The notes beneath the pieces were generated by a model. That model worked only from the letters and a program-made list of their open reading frames with translations. It made no database searches and was not told where the DNA came from. Source: a virus (lineage: Duplodnaviria; Caudoviricetes). From it: a stretch of DNA of 62,619 bases. Numbering within the stretch: position 1 is the stretch's first letter; the number at the start of each line of letters is the position of its first letter. The DNA is taken from the IMG/VR virus record IMGVR_UViG_3300042565_002416, positions 1-62,619 of that record. One strand, 5' to 3'. Of this stretch, positions 32,526-42,637 are shown one piece after another. The translations under genes and the position numbers were made by a program.

Positions 32526-33344
32526 ATGACAAAACAAATATTTTTTAACGCATCAATGCCAAGAGCAGGTTCTACATTAATTCAAAATATACTAATGCAG
32601 AATCCAGAAATTTATTCAACACCAACATCAGGAGTAATAGAATTTCTTTTGAACGCTAGAACAATTTACACCACAGGAGATGCTTTCAAAGCACAAGATC
32701 CGGAAGTAATGAAACAAGGTTTTAAAGGATTTTGTAAGGCAGGAATTCACGGATTTTTTAATAACATAACAGATCGACCTTATATTATGGAAAAAAGTAG
32801 AGGTTGGTTAGGTCATTACGATTTTATTAAATTTTTTAACGATGATGTTAAAATGATTTGTATGGTTCGTGATTTAAGAGCTATCTTCGCTTCTATGGAA
32901 AAAAATATGAGAAAAAATCCAGATAAGGATTCAATGATTATTAATAATGTAGAATTAAAAAATATGACTACTAAATCAAGAATAGATCATTTTTCAGTTG
33001 CTCCTCCTATAGGTCCTTCGGTAGAATGGTTAAATGAAGTCATACATCAAGGGTTAGATCAAAAAATATTGTTTATTCGTTTTGAAGATTTAACAACAAA
33101 TCCTGAAATAGAACTTAAAAAAATTTATAATTATTTAGAAATACCGCACTATTTACATAACTTTAATAATATTGAGCAATTAACTCAAGAAAATGATGTT
33201 ATTCATGGTATGTTTGGTAATCATAACATTCAACCAACATTAAAACCATTAGTTGATGATTTTGTAGAAGTATTAGGAGAAGAAGAATGTGAAAGATTAA
33301 AAAATCATTATTACTGGTACTTTAAAAAATTCAATTACGTATAA
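32526..33344 (+). CDS. PAPS-dependent sulfotransferase
   Basis: 5'-PSB loop MPRAGSTL, EKSRGW, 3'-PB motif MVRDLRAIFAS, RFEDL. Confidence 0.85.
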   Translation: MTKQIFFNASMPRAGSTLIQNILMQNPEIYSTPTSGVIEFLLNARTIYTTGDAFKAQDPEVMKQGFKGFCKAGIHGFFNNITDRPYIMEKSRGWLGHYDFIKFFNDDVKMICMVRDLRAIFASMEKNMRKNPDKDSMIINNVELKNMTTKSRIDHFSVAPPIGPSVEWLNEVIHQGLDQKILFIRFEDLTTNPEIELKKIYNYLEIPHYLHNFNNIEQLTQENDVIHGMFGNHNIQPTLKPLVDDFVEVLGEEECERLKNHYYWYFKKFNYV

Positions 33345-33365
33345 TTTAAAATAACAAAAAACAAA

Positions 33366-33626
33366 ATGGAAACACCAAAATTTCAATTAGAAAAAAAAAC
33401 CGAAGAACAAGTTAAGAACTCAATCAACGCAACATTTGATTCAGTAAACTTAATTAATTCAATTACATCTGAACCATTTGACGTAAAAAAAGAAAAAACC
33501 GTTAAATCTAATATAGAGCATTTATCTTTAATGTTATCAAAAGATTGGTTCGCAGCAGGATTAACAAAAGAACAAAAATCACAAATAGAAGCTTGTATTG
33601 TTGCCGGTAATGATTATAAAGCATAA
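33366..33626 (+). CDS. Hypothetical protein
   Basis: 86-aa ORF with A-rich leader. Confidence 0.6.
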   Translation: METPKFQLEKKTEEQVKNSINATFDSVNLINSITSEPFDVKKEKTVKSNIEHLSLMLSKDWFAAGLTKEQKSQIEACIVAGNDYKA

Positions 33627-33683
33627 TAATATTTAAATAAATCAAATCTTTATTTAATAAATAATTATTCTTACTATTACCAT

Positions 33684-34139
33684 ATGACAAAAATTATATG
33701 GTTAATCGGACAAGCAGGACACGGTAAAACTGTTTTGGCTAAATTATTAGAAAAACACATTGATATTACAGTAAGTAATAATGTATTTCATATTGATGGT
33801 GATGATCTTAGAAATCTTACAATAAATAAAGATTATTCAAAAGCTGGAAGAGAGCAAAATATTAGAAATGCTCAAGTAATTGCCAAATACTTACAAAATA
33901 AAGGTTATCACGTTGTGGTATCTCTTATGACACCTTATAGAGATATTAGAGAAGAGTTTAAGAAAAATACGGAAAATGTTTTTGAAGTATATGTTCATAC
34001 AACAGAAATAAGAGGTAGAGAACAATTCCACGTTGAAGATTTTCAGAAACCTGTATCAAATTATTTAGATATGAATACAACAAATATTACACCAGAAGAA
34101 TGTGTAAAGGAGATTATAGAATATGTCGGATTGGTATAA
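33684..34139 (+). CDS. cysC: Adenylyl-sulfate (APS) kinase
   Basis: IIWLIGQAGHGKT P-loop, IDGDDLR, DYSKAGREQNIR, VSLMTPY, EVYVHT. Confidence 0.88.
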   Translation: MTKIIWLIGQAGHGKTVLAKLLEKHIDITVSNNVFHIDGDDLRNLTINKDYSKAGREQNIRNAQVIAKYLQNKGYHVVVSLMTPYRDIREEFKKNTENVFEVYVHTTEIRGREQFHVEDFQKPVSNYLDMNTTNITPEECVKEIIEYVGLV

Positions 34140-34527
34140 AAAAGTACACGTTCAGTCATCATTAGAACGTAAAGAAGGACAACACGCAATGTTTATTGGT
34201 AGATGGCAACCATTACATAAAGGACATCAAGAATTATTTCAACAAGCAATGAATGAGGGTAAGAATATTCTAATCTGTATTAGAGATATTAAACCCGATG
34301 AAAAAAATCCATATTCAGCTGAAGAAGTAAAAACAAATATCTTAAACTATTATTCAAATGAAGTATCAGAAGGTAAAGTAAAAGTAATGGTAATACCTGA
34401 TATTTGTTCAGTTGAGTTTGGTAGGGGTGTTGGATATGATATTATTGAACATTTACCACCATTGGATATTGCAAATATTTCAGCAACAAAAATAAGAGAA
34501 CAATTAAGAACTGAGGGTAAATTGTAA
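34123..34527 (+). CDS. HxGH (cytidylyltransferase-like) nucleotidyltransferase
   Basis: FIGRWQPLHKGH and ISATKIRE motifs; overlaps cysC. Confidence 0.8.
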   Translation: MSDWYKKVHVQSSLERKEGQHAMFIGRWQPLHKGHQELFQQAMNEGKNILICIRDIKPDEKNPYSAEEVKTNILNYYSNEVSEGKVKVMVIPDICSVEFGRGVGYDIIEHLPPLDIANISATKIREQLRTEGKL

Positions 34528-34952
34528 TGAAAACTTATAAAATTAGATTTAATACCACATCAATAACAGAAAATAATAGATGGAGGTTGGTTGATGAAAA
34601 TGGTATGGAAACATTGGTTTCAGATATTTTTGTTGATGGTGAAGTTTATACAACAAAAGACCATATGGATGGTTTAGGGTATAAATGGCACATTACTTGT
34701 AAAGGTAATTGTGTTATTAAAGATAATATTGCCCATATTACAACACCACCGAAGGAATCTGCTTTCAAAAGACACTTATTAAAAACTATTTCATATAGAT
34801 TTTTAGGAACTTTAACAACAGTAGTGGTGGCTTATACTTTAGGAGTACCAATAGCTATGGCTTCTATGTTAGGTGTTGGTGAGTTGGTATTAAAACCAAT
34901 ATTATATTTTTTACACGAAAGAGTTTGGTATAAATATATAAAAATAAAATAA
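34527..34952 (+). CDS. DUF2061-like membrane domain fused to an unknown N-terminal domain
   Basis: RHLLKTISYR..GTLTT...LYFLHERVW C-terminus; TAATG coupling to the upstream gene. Confidence 0.7.
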   Translation: MKTYKIRFNTTSITENNRWRLVDENGMETLVSDIFVDGEVYTTKDHMDGLGYKWHITCKGNCVIKDNIAHITTPPKESAFKRHLLKTISYRFLGTLTTVVVAYTLGVPIAMASMLGVGELVLKPILYFLHERVWYKYIKIK

Positions 34953-35039
34953 TTATAAATCATTTGTGTGATTTAAAAAGGTAATTAATATCGTATTGTC
35001 TTTAAATAAACATTTCATAAAGTTAAGTATTTATGATAA

Positions 35040-35723
35040 ATGAATGAGGCAATACAGAAAGATAGATTATTATCAAAAAATTTATATTTAAATAGGTTTA
35101 TAAAAAAATCTAATAAACCTAAAACCGAACCGAAGCTTAACGGTGAAAAGTTAGTTAATCTTAGAAATCTTATAAAAAATATAGACTATACCGATATTCT
35201 TTTTCAAGAAGGTGAGTTATATGGTAATGATCAATTCTATAATGTAGAAATAGATAGTTATGAAATAAATACATTATTGACTTACGCTAAAAATTATTCA
35301 TATATAAATAAAATTGCTGGTGAAAAAGTAAATCCCAACAAATTTGATATTAATATTAGTGTGGGTAAAAAAGATTTTAATAGGGTTCACTTCCATAAAT
35401 CATTACCCATATTACTGAGAGGTATTGGGTTTGGGTATAAAATATACAAAGCTTTAGCTTTTAAGTTAGGGTTTTTATCTTCGGATAATACAGCTTCATT
35501 CGCAGCTCAATCGGTATGGTATCATTTAATACAAGACCCCGATTTCAATTATATATTACATAAGAATTTTGTTTTCATAATAAAACGTAATTTACCTTTA
35601 GATGAAAAAATGAATGTTGTATTATCTTATATTAAGGAATACGATTGGTTATTTGAGGATGAGAGTGAGTTTGATATTGATGATGAATTAATTCAAGAGT
35701 TAGAAGAATATGGCAATTCCTAA
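35040..35723 (+). CDS. Hypothetical protein, possible GNAT-like fold
   Basis: LRGIGFGYKIY resembles the acetyl-CoA-binding motif A, followed by S..A..VW. Confidence 0.4.
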   Translation: MNEAIQKDRLLSKNLYLNRFIKKSNKPKTEPKLNGEKLVNLRNLIKNIDYTDILFQEGELYGNDQFYNVEIDSYEINTLLTYAKNYSYINKIAGEKVNPNKFDINISVGKKDFNRVHFHKSLPILLRGIGFGYKIYKALAFKLGFLSSDNTASFAAQSVWYHLIQDPDFNYILHKNFVFIIKRNLPLDEKMNVVLSYIKEYDWLFEDESEFDIDDELIQELEEYGNS

Positions 35724-36450
35724 AAAAAATGTAAATGTTATTAGTCAAAAAGAATTAAACTCTGAAAGGGTTCATTTGGTTAATCGTATTAGGGAAAATG
35801 AAAGTTTTCTACCTAAAGGAATATTGCATGAAGATTTGGATAGGGGATTTGTTGATTTCGTTAATAATGATTTAAAATTAAATATTGACGGTAATGGAGT
35901 TCCTGTTTTATTTATTTCGTTACAGAATTGGAATGAGTTTACTAAGACTTGGCAATTTGCTGATAAATATAAGAATATTCAAATGCCGTTTATAACAATT
36001 GTAAGGAGCACAAATATTAATTTAAATGAACAGATGAAATATAATATTCCTTACCTTTTCAAGAAAGATTTATTAAAAGTTCCAGTATGGAATGGTAATA
36101 GAAATGGATATGATATATATGAAATACCACAACCTGTTAGGGTGAATATAAGTTATGATGTAACAATATTTTCTTCAAGAATGAAGGAACTGAATAGATA
36201 TAATAAGATTATGTTAACTAAGTTTTCATCCAATCAGGCTTATACAACAATAAATGGGCATTATATTCCGATAAAATTAGATGGTGTGTCTAGTGATAAT
36301 CAAGTGGATATTATGAGTAAGAAGTTTTATAAGCAAAATTACAAATTAGTTGAAGAGGGATTATTGTTAGATGAAAATAATTTTGTAATAAAACCTGCGG
36401 TTGATAGAACGATATTAGGTTTCAATGTAAATGGGTCTTTGAAGGATTAA
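35710..36450 (+). CDS. Putative tail completion/neck-type structural protein (paralog 1)
   Basis: Upstream of the sheath gene; PFITIVR and P.PV...Y.V motifs; paralog of the next gene. Confidence 0.5.
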   Translation: MAIPKKNVNVISQKELNSERVHLVNRIRENESFLPKGILHEDLDRGFVDFVNNDLKLNIDGNGVPVLFISLQNWNEFTKTWQFADKYKNIQMPFITIVRSTNINLNEQMKYNIPYLFKKDLLKVPVWNGNRNGYDIYEIPQPVRVNISYDVTIFSSRMKELNRYNKIMLTKFSSNQAYTTINGHYIPIKLDGVSSDNQVDIMSKKFYKQNYKLVEEGLLLDENNFVIKPAVDRTILGFNVNGSLKD

Positions 36451-36490
36451 CTTGGACTAAATTAAACTAAAAACTATATATTTATTGTTA

Positions 36491-37852
36491 ATGGCTATAC
36501 CTAAAAAAAATATAGAAGTTAAATTAAAAAAACAACTTAGCTCTGAAAGAGTTTCACTAATTGAAAGGATAAGACAAAACGAAAGTTTTCTACCTAAAGG
36601 AGTTCTTCACGAAGATTTAGATAGGGGGTTTGTTGATTTCACAAATAAAAAACTAACCTTAAATGTTGATGGGAAAGAAGTACCTGTTTTATTTTTATCC
36701 ATTCAGAATTGGAATGAGTTTACTAAGACTTGGCAATTTGCTGATAAATATAAGAATGTTCAAATGCCATTTATAACCATTGTTAGAAATACAGATGTTG
36801 TATTGTCTGATAATATGAAATATAATATCCCTTATTTGTATAAAAAACCCATTTTAAAAGTTCCAGTATGGAATGGTAATAGAAATGGGTATGATATATA
36901 TGAAATACCACAACCTATTCACGTTGATGTAAAATATGACGTTAGATTATTTTCAACCAGATTAAGGGAATTAAATGAGTTTAATAAAATTGTATTAACC
37001 GAATTTTCATCAAATCAAGCCTATACCGATGTAAATGGACATTATATTCCAATAACATTAGAAAGTGTGGATGATGAACACGAAATAAGTGATATAAATA
37101 AGAAAAGATTTTACGTTCAGAAATATAATTTTAATTTACACGGATTTCTTTTAGACGAAGAAGAGTTTGTTATAAAACCAGCAGTTAGTAGAGTATTAAC
37201 AAATTATAAATTTCTAGGACAAAGAAAAACAAAAAAAACACAAAATGTAAGTGTAAACAGATTTAATGATGGACACTTAGAAATATTCATTGATTTTTTC
37301 GTGGATTCTCCCCTGAATGTATCGTTTGTGGTTGATGGCGAATATACGATAAATGGTATAGTTTCAGACAATACAAATTTTTATGAAATAAAAAAGAATA
37401 ACGTAGCAGTAAGCCCAACATTTAATTTAGTTCAAGGTGATATTGTGGAAATTATAGTTTCACAAACTAATTCAAATATAAATAGTTCTGTTACTTTATT
37501 GGGTACATATAATGCTAATTTAGGAGCTGAAAACTTTATAAGTGATGTAGATACATCATTAGTTGGTTATTTCTTTGAAAAGAAAACAATATATGAGTTA
37601 TTATATGAACCAGGTACGACAGAATTAAGTTTTACTAATATATATCCAGGCGTATTAAAAGAAGTAACAAATGTTAAGAGTGATATAACATCATATAGCG
37701 TTTATAAAAATAACAATTTAGTAACTTTACCGGTATCGGTAGATGCTAATGATACAATAAAAGTAACAATAATAAGATCAGATTTATTACAACCTAGTAA
37801 TTTAAACATTATTCAAATATTTAATAATAGTATAATAACGATAAATGGATAA
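36491..37852 (+). CDS. Putative tail completion/neck-type structural protein (paralog 2) with C-terminal extension
   Basis: MAIPKKN start at 36491; N-terminal half closely matches 35710..36450. Confidence 0.5.
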   Translation: MAIPKKNIEVKLKKQLSSERVSLIERIRQNESFLPKGVLHEDLDRGFVDFTNKKLTLNVDGKEVPVLFLSIQNWNEFTKTWQFADKYKNVQMPFITIVRNTDVVLSDNMKYNIPYLYKKPILKVPVWNGNRNGYDIYEIPQPIHVDVKYDVRLFSTRLRELNEFNKIVLTEFSSNQAYTDVNGHYIPITLESVDDEHEISDINKKRFYVQKYNFNLHGFLLDEEEFVIKPAVSRVLTNYKFLGQRKTKKTQNVSVNRFNDGHLEIFIDFFVDSPLNVSFVVDGEYTINGIVSDNTNFYEIKKNNVAVSPTFNLVQGDIVEIIVSQTNSNINSSVTLLGTYNANLGAENFISDVDTSLVGYFFEKKTIYELLYEPGTTELSFTNIYPGVLKEVTNVKSDITSYSVYKNNNLVTLPVSVDANDTIKVTIIRSDLLQPSNLNIIQIFNNSIITING

Positions 37853-38319
37853 TGAATAATACGTTTAAACAAAATATTAGTGTTTTACCAAGTAAATTTG
37901 TAATAATTAGTGGTGTTACATTTCCAGATGGTAATGAAATACCTTTAGGTGTCCCATTATCAGGTAATTTTAATGGATATGTTACAGGTTGGACATCCGA
38001 TGTATTTGTTACAGACGCAATTGATCAACTTAATAAGAAATTATTAACATTAACCTCAGCAACCGCAACAAAGTCTGTATTATTATTTAATTCAACCACA
38101 GATTGGGGATTACCTATCAATGGTTATTATTCAATATCTTATTTATCGTCATCACATAAAAAAGGATTATACCCTTTATATATTTTAGAAGAACTAACTA
38201 ATAATAGCTATGATGCTGTTATACCTGACAATATAAATATTAATTTATCAGGTGATGTAATATTTAGAGTAATTGAAATTCCTGATGGTAGATTTTCAGG
38301 AAGAATTATAGTTACTTAA
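37852..38319 (+). CDS. Hypothetical structural protein
   Basis: 155-aa ORF coupled by TAATG. Confidence 0.55.
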   Translation: MNNTFKQNISVLPSKFVIISGVTFPDGNEIPLGVPLSGNFNGYVTGWTSDVFVTDAIDQLNKKLLTLTSATATKSVLLFNSTTDWGLPINGYYSISYLSSSHKKGLYPLYILEELTNNSYDAVIPDNININLSGDVIFRVIEIPDGRFSGRIIVT

Positions 38320-38384
38320 TCACATTTCTAAAATATATAACTATTTATTATAAATAAAATATCAAAAATATAAAAAAATAAATT

Positions 38385-41318
38385 ATGGCAGAACAAATAA
38401 ACGTATCACCTGGTGTATATACTAGTGAAGTTGAATTAACATTTGCAGCTCAGAGCTTAGGTGTCAGTTCATTAGGTATAGTAGGTGAGGCACAAAGAGG
38501 ACCGGCGTTTGAACCAATTCTTGTAAAAAATTACGATGAATTCACTACTTACTTTGGTGGTGCAAATCCTGAAAAATTCTCAGGTACACAAATCTTAAAA
38601 TATGAAGGTAATTACATTGCTAGAGAATATCTTTCTCAAGCAAGTCAAATGTATATGACTAGAGTATTGGGTTTAAGTGGTTATGATGCAGGAACTGCAT
38701 GGTCTATTAGTACAATTGCACAACCTGATATTTCAACAATATCATTAGCAAGTCCAGCAAATATTTACGCACCATTCTTATTAACAACTGGTGGTACATT
38801 AACATTTACATACCCATCATTTTTATCACCATATCAAAATGTGATATCTGCAACAACTAATCAATTCTTTAGTTCAGTTGTTAGTTTATATACTTCAAGA
38901 ATAGGAGCTTTATCTGCATCAACAATATCATATAGATATGGTGATTTAACATCAACAGCAATAAATACAATTACAGGTATTACAACAACCTCAATGACTG
39001 ATGTTTTAGGAAGTAATACTAATGATACTACTTGGCTTAATGATTTATTTTTATCAACAGGAGTAAATACATTTTCTGGTATTACTTATGGTGTATTTGT
39101 AACAGGTTTAACATTAAATCCGGGTGGTGTGTATAGTGGTACAACTAATTTCATTAACTGTAACGCATCAGTTGCTGGTTATAGTGGTTGGGATAATTTA
39201 GTAGTTGCTACATTAAGAAGTGACGCTAATTGGAGTAATAATACTTTAAACTTTGTAACATCAAATCCATTTATGGTACCAATTGATGATATAACTGAAA
39301 ACGCTAAAGGTGGTTTTAGAATTACAGGAACAAGTTCAACAGGAGCTTACTCATATACAGTTAGTATGGATGATACTAAGAGAGAATACTTACCACTTGT
39401 ATTAGGTAAACAACCAAAAGAAAAACAAAGTACTTTGTTTGTTGAAGAAATCTATCCTGAGTTATTAGACTATGGTTATTTGAAAGGTTATATTAGAGGT
39501 TTGAAAACAACTTTAACAACTAACTCTTCAACATCAGGTGTAAATATGACTAACTATAAGGAACAATGGTCTACACCAGCAACACCTTATTTTGTATCAG
39601 AATTAAGAGGTAATAACGTATTCAAATTATTTAGAGTTATTACAATTTCTGATGGTAATGCGGCAAATGCGTTAGTAAAAATATCAATCCAAAATATTAA
39701 TTTAGATAGAAAAGAGTTTGATTTAATCGTTAGAGATTTTAATGATACAGATGCTAATCCAGTTATTTTAGAAAAATATGTAAGATGTTCAATGGATGAA
39801 AGTCAATTAACTTACGTTGGTAAAAAAGTTGGTACTATTGATGGTAAATACGATTTGAAATCTAAATACATTATGATTGAATTTGCAATAGACGCTCCAT
39901 CAAATGCGGTTCCAGCAGGTTTTATGGGTTATACTATTAGAAGTTATGGTTCAGGGGTAGCTAGTCCTAAAATTCAATACAAAACTAAATACTTTACAGC
40001 AGGTGAACAAATTACTAATCCACCAGCAGGTATTTCACCAATAATTTCAAGTGGTGATAATATTAGAAAATCTTTTTTAGGTATTTCAGATAGTAATTTC
40101 TGGGGTTATGATGGTGATTTCTTCCAATACAAAGGAAATGTTGCTTCAACAGTTAATAGTAATGGTTTCCATATGGATTCAGGAGCTACAAACGCATCTA
40201 TCGGTGGTGTTTCAGGAATTACCACATTTGATGTAGGTGTTGCACCATTCCAAAGTGAAGTTGGTACAGCAGGAACACCATATTCTAGTTTATTAAGTAG
40301 AAAGTTCACAGTAGCACCTTATGGTGGTTATGATGGATGGGATATTTATAGACCATATAGAACTAATGGTGATAGTTATAGAATTGGACAAACCACTTAT
40401 ACTAACGAAGGATTTAGTGCTCTTGGTAATTCTGACTACTACGCTTACAAAGCAGGTATTGATAAATACTCAAACCCTGAAGATGCCGATATTAACGTAT
40501 TAGTAACTCCTGGTATTGATGTTGAAAGTAACTCATCTCTTGTAGAATATACAATTGATATGGTAGAAAATGATAGAGCTGATAGTATTTACATACCGAC
40601 TATTCCAGATATTAATATGTTTGCGACAGATTCTGCTGACACTAATAATTGGAAATCACCACAAGAAGTTGTTGATTTAATAGATGAGGTTGGTATCGAT
40701 TCTAACTATACCGCAGTTTACTACCCATTCGTTCTTTATAACGATACTGAAAATAATTCTAAAGTATGGATGCCACCAACAGCGGAAGTTGTAAGAAACT
40801 TAGCTTTAACTGACAACATATCTTATGAGTGGTTTGCTATAGCGGGTACTGAAAGAGGTTTAGTGGTATCAAAACCAAGAAGAAAACTTTCTCAAACTGA
40901 TAGAGATACATTATATCCTGGTAGAGTTAATCCAATCGCAACTTTTAGAGGTGTTGGACCGGTTATTTGGGGTAATAGAAACTTACAAATCAGAGACTCT
41001 GTTCTTGATAGATTAAATATCAGAAGATTGTTACTACAAACAAGAAAACTTATCGCAGCAGTTGGTTTAAGATTATTATTCCAACCAAACGATCAACAAG
41101 TTAGAAATGACTTTTTGAACTTAGTAAATCCAATCTTAGATGGTATCAGAAGAGAAAGAGGTTTAACAGATTTCAGAGTTAAGTTAAGTAACGCACCTGA
41201 AGATATTGATAATAATCAATTAAATGGTCAAATCTTCTTAAAGCCTACATCAACTCTTGAAGAGATTAATTTACAATTTGTTATCACTCCTCAAGGAGCT
41301 TCATTTGATAACATTTAA
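38385..41318 (+). CDS. Contractile tail sheath protein (T4 gp18-like)
   Basis: VSPGVYTSEVE, G.A.RGPAFEP, YYP, WFAIAG..RG, VNPI, WGNR.L, RLNIRRLL, PTSTLEEI.L.F. Confidence 0.95.
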   Translation: MAEQINVSPGVYTSEVELTFAAQSLGVSSLGIVGEAQRGPAFEPILVKNYDEFTTYFGGANPEKFSGTQILKYEGNYIAREYLSQASQMYMTRVLGLSGYDAGTAWSISTIAQPDISTISLASPANIYAPFLLTTGGTLTFTYPSFLSPYQNVISATTNQFFSSVVSLYTSRIGALSASTISYRYGDLTSTAINTITGITTTSMTDVLGSNTNDTTWLNDLFLSTGVNTFSGITYGVFVTGLTLNPGGVYSGTTNFINCNASVAGYSGWDNLVVATLRSDANWSNNTLNFVTSNPFMVPIDDITENAKGGFRITGTSSTGAYSYTVSMDDTKREYLPLVLGKQPKEKQSTLFVEEIYPELLDYGYLKGYIRGLKTTLTTNSSTSGVNMTNYKEQWSTPATPYFVSELRGNNVFKLFRVITISDGNAANALVKISIQNINLDRKEFDLIVRDFNDTDANPVILEKYVRCSMDESQLTYVGKKVGTIDGKYDLKSKYIMIEFAIDAPSNAVPAGFMGYTIRSYGSGVASPKIQYKTKYFTAGEQITNPPAGISPIISSGDNIRKSFLGISDSNFWGYDGDFFQYKGNVASTVNSNGFHMDSGATNASIGGVSGITTFDVGVAPFQSEVGTAGTPYSSLLSRKFTVAPYGGYDGWDIYRPYRTNGDSYRIGQTTYTNEGFSALGNSDYYAYKAGIDKYSNPEDADINVLVTPGIDVESNSSLVEYTIDMVENDRADSIYIPTIPDINMFATDSADTNNWKSPQEVVDLIDEVGIDSNYTAVYYPFVLYNDTENNSKVWMPPTAEVVRNLALTDNISYEWFAIAGTERGLVVSKPRRKLSQTDRDTLYPGRVNPIATFRGVGPVIWGNRNLQIRDSVLDRLNIRRLLLQTRKLIAAVGLRLLFQPNDQQVRNDFLNLVNPILDGIRRERGLTDFRVKLSNAPEDIDNNQLNGQIFLKPTSTLEEINLQFVITPQGASFDNI

Positions 41319-41336
41319 CAAATAAAAAATACGATT

Positions 41337-41369
41337 AAAAGGGTGAGTAGAAATATTCACCCTTTTTTT
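41337..41369 (+). terminator. Rho-independent terminator
   Basis: GGGTGAGTA-GAAA-TATTCACCC hairpin followed by T7. Confidence 0.85.
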
Positions 41370-41476
41370 GTTTTATCTAATCAGTTAATTATCAAAAGAT
41401 TAAAAATAAAACTTGTTAATAATAGTAATAAATGGTATATTTGTTTAAAATTGGTAAATTGTAATATTTATATAAT

Positions 41477-42634
41477 ATGAAAAAATTAGTATTAGAAGAT
41501 AAAAAACTAAGGGTTTATAAGTTTGATTGGGATGATAATATATTAAATCTACCAACAAAGATAAAGATGTATAAAAATAATAAACCATTTTATGTTTCAA
41601 CCAGTGAATTTGCTGAATTAAGAAATAATCCTGAGTATGTGGTAAAAGATGACGCTTTTGAAGATTTTAAGGATTATGGTAAAAGAGGTGATGATGCGTT
41701 TATTGAGGATACTAAAAAAGCGATTGAAACTAATAAGAAAGCACCTTCATTTAAGAAGTTTAAGGAGGCTTTAAAGCACGTAAACTACTTTGCTATTATA
41801 ACGGCTAGAGGACACGCACCAGAAACGATAAAAAGGGGTGTAAGAACATTTATTAATTTAGCGTTAAGTCCTGATGAAAAAATCACATTTAAGAAAAACC
41901 TAAAAAAATTATATGGTGATTTACAATTTAATGACTTGGTTGATAAATATTTAAGTGAGCAGAAATATTATCCGGTTTCATCACCTCAATTTCAAAAACA
42001 ATTTGGTTCAATGAGTGGGGCTGAAAAACCTGAAGTCGCTAAACAAATAGCTTCAAGGGATTTTATTAACTATATTGAGAATGTAGCTAAAAATCTTGAA
42101 GCTAAAGATATAAGGATTATGAATCCGAAATCTAAGGGTGATTTGGAGATAAGTGTTGGTTTTTCAGATGATGATAAGAAGAATGTAAAGGCAATGGAAG
42201 AGTTTATGAGATCTTTAAAGAGAGAAAAGCCTGGTATGACATTCGTTATTTATGATACTTCAAATCCTGATAATGTAAAAAAAACAGTTATTGAAGGTTT
42301 AATTGAAGAAGGCTCAGAATTAAGCAATTATAAGACTATTCCTGATATCCATAAAAAAATTAAATCTGTGGTTGAGAATGTGGGTCTAATATATGATGAT
42401 TATGAAGAAGTTTTTGTTAGATACTCAAAATATGAAGGTGATTATGATGGATATTATGAGATAAAAATATCTTTAGATAGTCCAAGATATGCTGGTGATA
42501 TTACACCTGAACAATATTTAATGGTTAAAGAAAAACTTAGTAGTTTAATTGGTGTTGATTTTGTAAATATTGATACAAATAAAAGAATTATAACAATTTC
42601 AATGGTTGACGAATATCCTGATATGTATATTTAA
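41477..42634 (+). CDS. HAD-superfamily phosphatase-like protein
   Basis: FDWDDN motif I, IITARG motif II, K, GFSDDD motif IV. Confidence 0.7.
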   Translation: MKKLVLEDKKLRVYKFDWDDNILNLPTKIKMYKNNKPFYVSTSEFAELRNNPEYVVKDDAFEDFKDYGKRGDDAFIEDTKKAIETNKKAPSFKKFKEALKHVNYFAIITARGHAPETIKRGVRTFINLALSPDEKITFKKNLKKLYGDLQFNDLVDKYLSEQKYYPVSSPQFQKQFGSMSGAEKPEVAKQIASRDFINYIENVAKNLEAKDIRIMNPKSKGDLEISVGFSDDDKKNVKAMEEFMRSLKREKPGMTFVIYDTSNPDNVKKTVIEGLIEEGSELSNYKTIPDIHKKIKSVVENVGLIYDDYEEVFVRYSKYEGDYDGYYEIKISLDSPRYAGDITPEQYLMVKEKLSSLIGVDFVNIDTNKRIITISMVDEYPDMYI

Positions 42635-42637
42635 TTT

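Larger units (their letters stand above)
32485..33692 (+). repeat. Near-identical direct repeat of about 50 bp (32485-32534 and 33644-33692)
   Basis: aaatctttattaaataaataattattcttattattaaccatatgacaaaa versus aaatctttatttaataaataattattcttactattaccatatgacaaaa. Confidence 0.9.

Noticed and set aside
33684-34952. Host-derived assimilatory cys operon or bacterial contamination
   Set aside because: The genes are embedded between phage structural genes with similar composition, and cysD, cysN, cysH and cysI/J are absent from the window.
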